From: Macrostomum lignano
Taxonomy: Eukaryota
Length of the DNA: 64,000 nucleotides
Reading direction: 5' to 3'
Assembly (NCBI GenBank): GCA_002269645.1
Contig: NIVC01002145.1
Span: 62,001 to 126,000 of the forward strand
Every line of letters starts with the position of its first letter. Within the stretch, counting starts at the first letter, position 1. A program made the position numbers and the translations under genes. Positions 59,261-64,000 of this stretch are shown one piece after another. The notes under the pieces are model-generated. The model did no database searches, had not been told where the DNA came from, and was given only the letters and a program-made list of their open reading frames with translations.

Positions 59261-59744
59261 GGGGCACTGCAGGACAGTCCAGTCCGCACGGTGCGAAAAA
59301 GGCAAGCGCCCTGCGCCGTGCCATTTCGTCCATGATGCTTGGCACTAGACCGCCGAGGTAGATTAATTAACTCTTGGCAGCAAGGAAAATCAGCATCGAC
59401 CGGAGCACCAGCACGTACATGTACTACTAGCAAGGACCACTTGGAGTAGAGTCTACTACAATTGGTCCTAATTGACCACTAGTTTTATAATTCGGAAAGA
59501 AAAGTGGAATTGCTTTATAATTTATTAGGTTGTACGTCTAATTTCGTCACAAAGGCTATTTTGTTTGTAGTGATTATATCACAGCTATTGTGTGTTCCAA
59601 AAGATAACTTTTGCATCTAATTTCTCTTCATGAACCTTATTTAAAGTCAAACAAAAGCTTACTGTTTATTAGCCGGCAAGTTATATTGCGTATGTATATA
59701 AAATGAAAAACTCCAATCGTTAAAGCAATACTTATAGTCTACGC

Positions 59745-60005
59745 CAGGGGTCAGCAAACTCCTCTCTATCCGCGGCCCTCGGATCCTTTGAAACTTCACA
59801 ATAGCAATTCGGCCCGCTCAAGGTTTGTGTCTTCTTAGCTCTCTATCTCCCCTCTCTCCTCTCTCATCTACCCTCCGATCCCTCCTCTCTCTTCTCTCTT
59901 CTTCTCTATTCTCTCTCTTCTTTCCTCTCCTCTCTCTGGCCCGCAAGCCGTCCGCAGATTCTATACCTGGCCCTTAAGAGTTAAAAAGGTTCGCCGACCC
60001 ATGTG
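59745..60005. mobile_element. hAT (Charlie/Tip100-like) MITE, ~260 bp
   Basis: Starts CAGGGGTCAGCAAAC and ends GTTCGCCGACCCATG(TG). Near-TSD GTCTACGC / GTCTAGGC (7/8). Subterminal GGCCC motifs. Confidence 0.65.
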
Positions 60006-61292
60006 GTCTAGGCGCATTATAGATTTAAATATATAGTCGTGTACATGCATCATTTTTCATTAAGAATACTATAGGTTTTATGACTAGCTATTACTACTAA
60101 ATAAAAAACAAAAATAACTTTTTATTGTGATATTCCAAATTTATAATGCGACTTTTGTAAAGCTTGCTTGCAGAGTGTATTGTATAAAACATAAAACAAC
60201 ACCATAGTGGCTTAGACTTGCCCGTGGAAAAAAAGCATATAACACGTTCACTCAGTCACTTTGTTATAACGCAAGTAAATAAATAACTTTGCCAATAATA
60301 ATTAAAGGACAAGAAGCGGAGAAGGCCGATGTCAAAGTCAATTAAAGTACGTCTAATCAATCAAATAGAGGCATATAGGGACAACAGAAGACTGTTGCGG
60401 ACTCTTCTAACTGAAAAACCGGCTTGAATGTTTTTGTTATAGTAAACTCGCTTAAAATTAATCGAGCAAAATATATTGAATTCTTGTGTGTGTGACTGCA
60501 GGTGCAAATCTACACAGATTTCTTCTCTAAATAAGCGGTCGGCTTGTGTGCAGGTCACTAACTTAATCTGAGCAAATTGACAACAGGAATTGAGTTGTGC
60601 ATGCGAAATCGACACGACACAGCAGTGCTCTTTATCATTAGTGACAACTCTGTCAAAGAGTTGCTTAGGTTAGAGTGTACTATGGATTTATGGGTCTTGA
60701 TTCAGTATCCGGAAAATCTTTGATCGCATTAAACAAAAATATTTTCTTAAAGAAAACCCGGATGTTTGCTTAATTTAATTCTCTAGAAACTATTACTTGA
60801 AAAACCGCGCGGAAATCACAAGTATTTGATAAATACGGTATCGAGCCAATAAAGCATCTGATAGCAGTGATTTATGGGGAGGAGTGCAGTTCTAAAGCGC
60901 AAGTCTGCACAGAATCAATCCAAATCAATCTCAGTTCAGATATATTGGGGTCGGATCGGTTTCTAAACATAAACAGGCGGATTGCATGTATAATCGAAGC
61001 ATCACAACCCAATGAAAAAAAACGGTTGAACATGTAATCGCCAACAATCATGACATGAAGTGGGGACAGCCAATGGACTGGTAAGCGAGCGTCTGCAGTT
61101 GGAAATGACTAAAATCTCTATCTATAGTTGCCTCAGATACAGCGAAATAGAAAAGGACACTGTGAACTACTACATCGTGCAAGATGTTACGGGTCGAGGC
61201 TCGTTTTCCTAGCAAAATGCTCCGTCAACGGCGAGATAGGAAATTTTCGGTTTTATACGTAGCATTGTAGCATGGACACTTTTTTCATGTCT

Positions 61293-62600
61293 ACCCCAAT
61301 GACCCTAACCATAATGACCCTAACCATGATGACCCTAACCATAATGACCCTAACCCTAAGGACCCTAACCATAAGGACCCTAAACATAATGACCCTAACC
61401 ATAATGACCCTAACCCTAAGGACCCTAACCATAAGGACCCTAAACATAATGACCCTAACCATAATGACCCTAACCATAAGGACCCTAACCATAATGACCC
61501 TAACCATAATGACCCTAACCATAATGACCCTAACCATAATGACCCTAACCCTAAGGACCCTAACCATAAGGACCCTAAACATAATGACCCTAACCATAAT
61601 GACCCTAACCATAAGGACCCTAACCATAATGACCCTAACCATAAGGACCCTAACCATAATGACCCTAACCATAAGGACCCTAACCATAATGACCCTAACC
61701 ATAATGACCCTAACCATAAGGACCCTAACCATAATGACCCTAACCCTAAGGACCCTAACCATAAGGACCCTAACCATAATGACTCTAAACATAATGACCC
61801 TAACCCTAAGGACCCTAACCATAATGACTCTAAACATAATGACCCTAACCATAATGACCCTAACCATAATGACCCTAACCATAATGACCCTAAACATAAT
61901 GACCCTAACCATAATGACCCTAACCATAATGACCCTAACCATAAGGACCCTAAACATAATGACCCTAACCATAATGACCCTAACCCTAAGGACCCTAACC
62001 ATAAGGACCCTAAACATAATGACCCTAACCATAAAGACCCTAAACATAATGACCCTAACCATAATGACCCTAACCATAATGACCCTAACCATAATGACCC
62101 TAACCATAATGACCCTAACCATAATGACCCTAACCATAATGACCCTAACCATAATGACCCTAACCCTAAGGACCCTAACCATAATGACCCTAACCATAAT
62201 GACCCTAACCCTAAGGACCCTAACCATAATGACCCTAACCCTAAGGACCCTAACCATAATGACCCTAACCATAATGACCCTAACCCTAAGGACCCTAACC
62301 ATAAGGACCCTAACCATAATGACCCTAACCATAATGACCCTAACCATAATGACCCTAACCCTAAGGACCCTAACCATAATGACCCTAACCATAATGACCC
62401 TAACCCTAAGGACCCTAACCATAATGACCCTAACCCTAAGGACCCTAACCATAATGACCCTAACCATAATGACCCTAACCCTAAGGACCCTAACCCTAAG
62501 GACCCTAACCATAATGACCCTAACCATAATGACCCTAACCATAATGACCCTAACCATAATGACCCTAACCATAATGACCCTAACCATAAGGACCCTAACC
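61293..62600. repeat. 15-bp telomere-like minisatellite (GACCCTAACCATAAT / GACCCTAACCCTAAG), ~87 copies
   Basis: Nearly every unit has CCCTAA plus a second CCATAA/CCCTAA hexamer. Confidence 0.97.
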
Positions 62601-62843
62601 CACTGATTAGCTCTAGAATCACACCTAATTTCGCCTCAATCTCGTCAATATTTTCGTGCCTTGGCTCACGGTTGAATTTATCAATCAAAGCACAAAATTC
62701 CAACAAAATCTGTACAGTTCAAAAGTGCACAGAGTCCTTTTTACTCTTCTCCTGTCCCACGCAATAAGTTCGGGAAAAGTAAATCAAAGCTCCATACGAT
62801 TTGGAATCTCGCGGTCGGATTAGTAACCCGCCCTAGCCACTGC

Positions 62844-63545
62844 TCACAGCATCATCTCTTCTATGTCGTCGACATCTTCAGAGTGCCCGACAGCCTGTCT
62901 GGCTCCGCTGCCGGCGCTCGGTCGCCGCGGCAGCAACTTGCCGCTGCCGGAGCGGCTGTCGGCGCCGCCGGAGAAGCTACTGGGCTGGTAGCCGGTCCCC
63001 GAGTTGCCGTTCAGCAGCTCGGCCAGCGGGTCCGACCCGTCCGCGTCCAAATTTCGCCGTCGACGGCCGCCGGACTCGCCGCTGCCGCTCCGATCCGGCT
63101 GTAGCGGCTGTCGCTGCTCCGACTTGCTCGACGGCGGCGTGTTGTCGCCCGAGCCGCCGAACAGGTCGGCCATCATCTTTTCTTCGCGAGCCTTCTCGGC
63201 CGCCCGACGGTCGCGTAGCTCTGCCGAGTCGACGGCGGCGGAGGTGTCGGCGGGTGCGGCGGGGCCGCTGCCGGATTCCCGCCTGGAGGCGTTGCTGCTG
63301 CCCTGCTGCTGCTGTGTGTAGCCGGGGACGGCCGCGTTATCGTAGGCCGGCCTGCCCTGGTGGAGATTCTCCACGGACGGCTTGAAGTCGTATTGCTTGC
63401 GCTGCCGTTGCTGCTGCTGCTGCTGCGACGGGTGCGGCGGCGGCTTCTTGTTCTCGGCTTCGTCCTCCTTCTCGTCTGGCGGCATGTCGAGCTCCTTCAG
63501 CCTAGCCAGCAGGGCCGCCTTCCGCTTGCGCTCCTCCTCTTCCTT
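62844..63545 (-). CDS. LCA5: Lebercilin (LCA5)-like ciliary protein, final coding exon
   Basis: Acceptor TTCCCGCAG| at 63546, phase 0. KEEEERKRKAALLARLKELD, YDFKPSVENLHQGRPAY, KMMADLFG, GYQPS and terminal DDIEEMML* match remembered lebercilin C-terminal motifs. Confidence 0.72.
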   Translation of the reverse strand, partial: KEEEERKRKAALLARLKELDMPPDEKEDEAENKKPPPHPSQQQQQQRQRKQYDFKPSVENLHQGRPAYDNAAVPGYTQQQQGSSNASRRESGSGPAAPADTSAAVDSAELRDRRAAEKAREEKMMADLFGGSGDNTPPSSKSEQRQPLQPDRSGSGESGGRRRRNLDADGSDPLAELLNGNSGTGYQPSSFSGGADSRSGSGKLLPRRPSAGSGARQAVGHSEDVDDIEEMML

Positions 63546-63654
63546 CTGCGGGAATTTGGGAATTCAGAAAATGGAAATTTCGAAGTTTATAGGACCGAGG
63601 AAAGAAAGACTGTTGGAGGAATCGGGAATCCTGGGAATTCCTATCTATAAGATG

Positions 63655-64000
63655 AGAGGGAAATCCCAGTCATCCGACCTTAGTCTATCAGGTAAGAGGG
63701 AAATCCCGATCATCTGAGTCTACCGTATTGGGTAAGAGGGAAATCCCGGTCATCTGAGTCTACCGTATTGGGTAAGAGGGAAATCCCGGTCATCTGAGTC
63801 TATGGGGTAAGAGGGAAATCCCGGTCATCTGAGTCCATCACGTAAGAGGGAAATCCCGGTCATCTGAGTCTATTAGGTAAGAGGGAAATCCCGGTCATCT
63901 GAGTCTACCGTATTGGGTAAGAGGGAAATCCCGGTCATCTGAGTCTATGGGGTAAGAGGGAAATCCCGGTCATCTGAGTCCATCACGTAAGAGGGAAATC
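63655..64000. repeat. ~31-40-bp minisatellite (GGTAAGAGGGAAATCCCGGTCATCTGAGTC...), LCA5 intron, truncated by the window edge
   Basis: About 10 units. Confidence 0.92.

Overview
Eukaryotic (animal) genomic DNA. GC-rich spliced exons sit among AT-rich introns and spacers that carry about 30 unrelated minisatellites. This pattern resembles the flatworm Macrostomum lignano, but that is inference only. Six genes were reconstructed by hand from GT-AG junctions with consistent phases: the last exon of a K2P (TWK-type) potassium channel (+); ceramide kinase (-, 6 exons); an LMTK/AATK-like transmembrane kinase that is probably a pseudokinase (+, 7 exons); a tandem-DM-domain DMRT factor (+, 4 firm exons and a probable first exon 13.8 kb upstream); an MS4A/CD20-like tetraspan protein (-, 5 exons including an 18-nt micro-exon); and the last exon of lebercilin/LCA5 (-). 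The most unusual structure lies in the putative DMRT intron 1. It is an ~11.9-kb block with 23-bp inverted ends, flanked by identically patterned GACA/GGCA tracts. It contains a 9-kb higher-order satellite and a decayed BESS-like gene. A 297-bp TIR/TSD MITE inside the satellite carries a diverged LSU rRNA helix 69-71 fragment, the I-PpoI/R2 target region. A second such fragment lies at 55.5 kb. All alignments were made by eye from remembered family consensus sequences; no database search was run.
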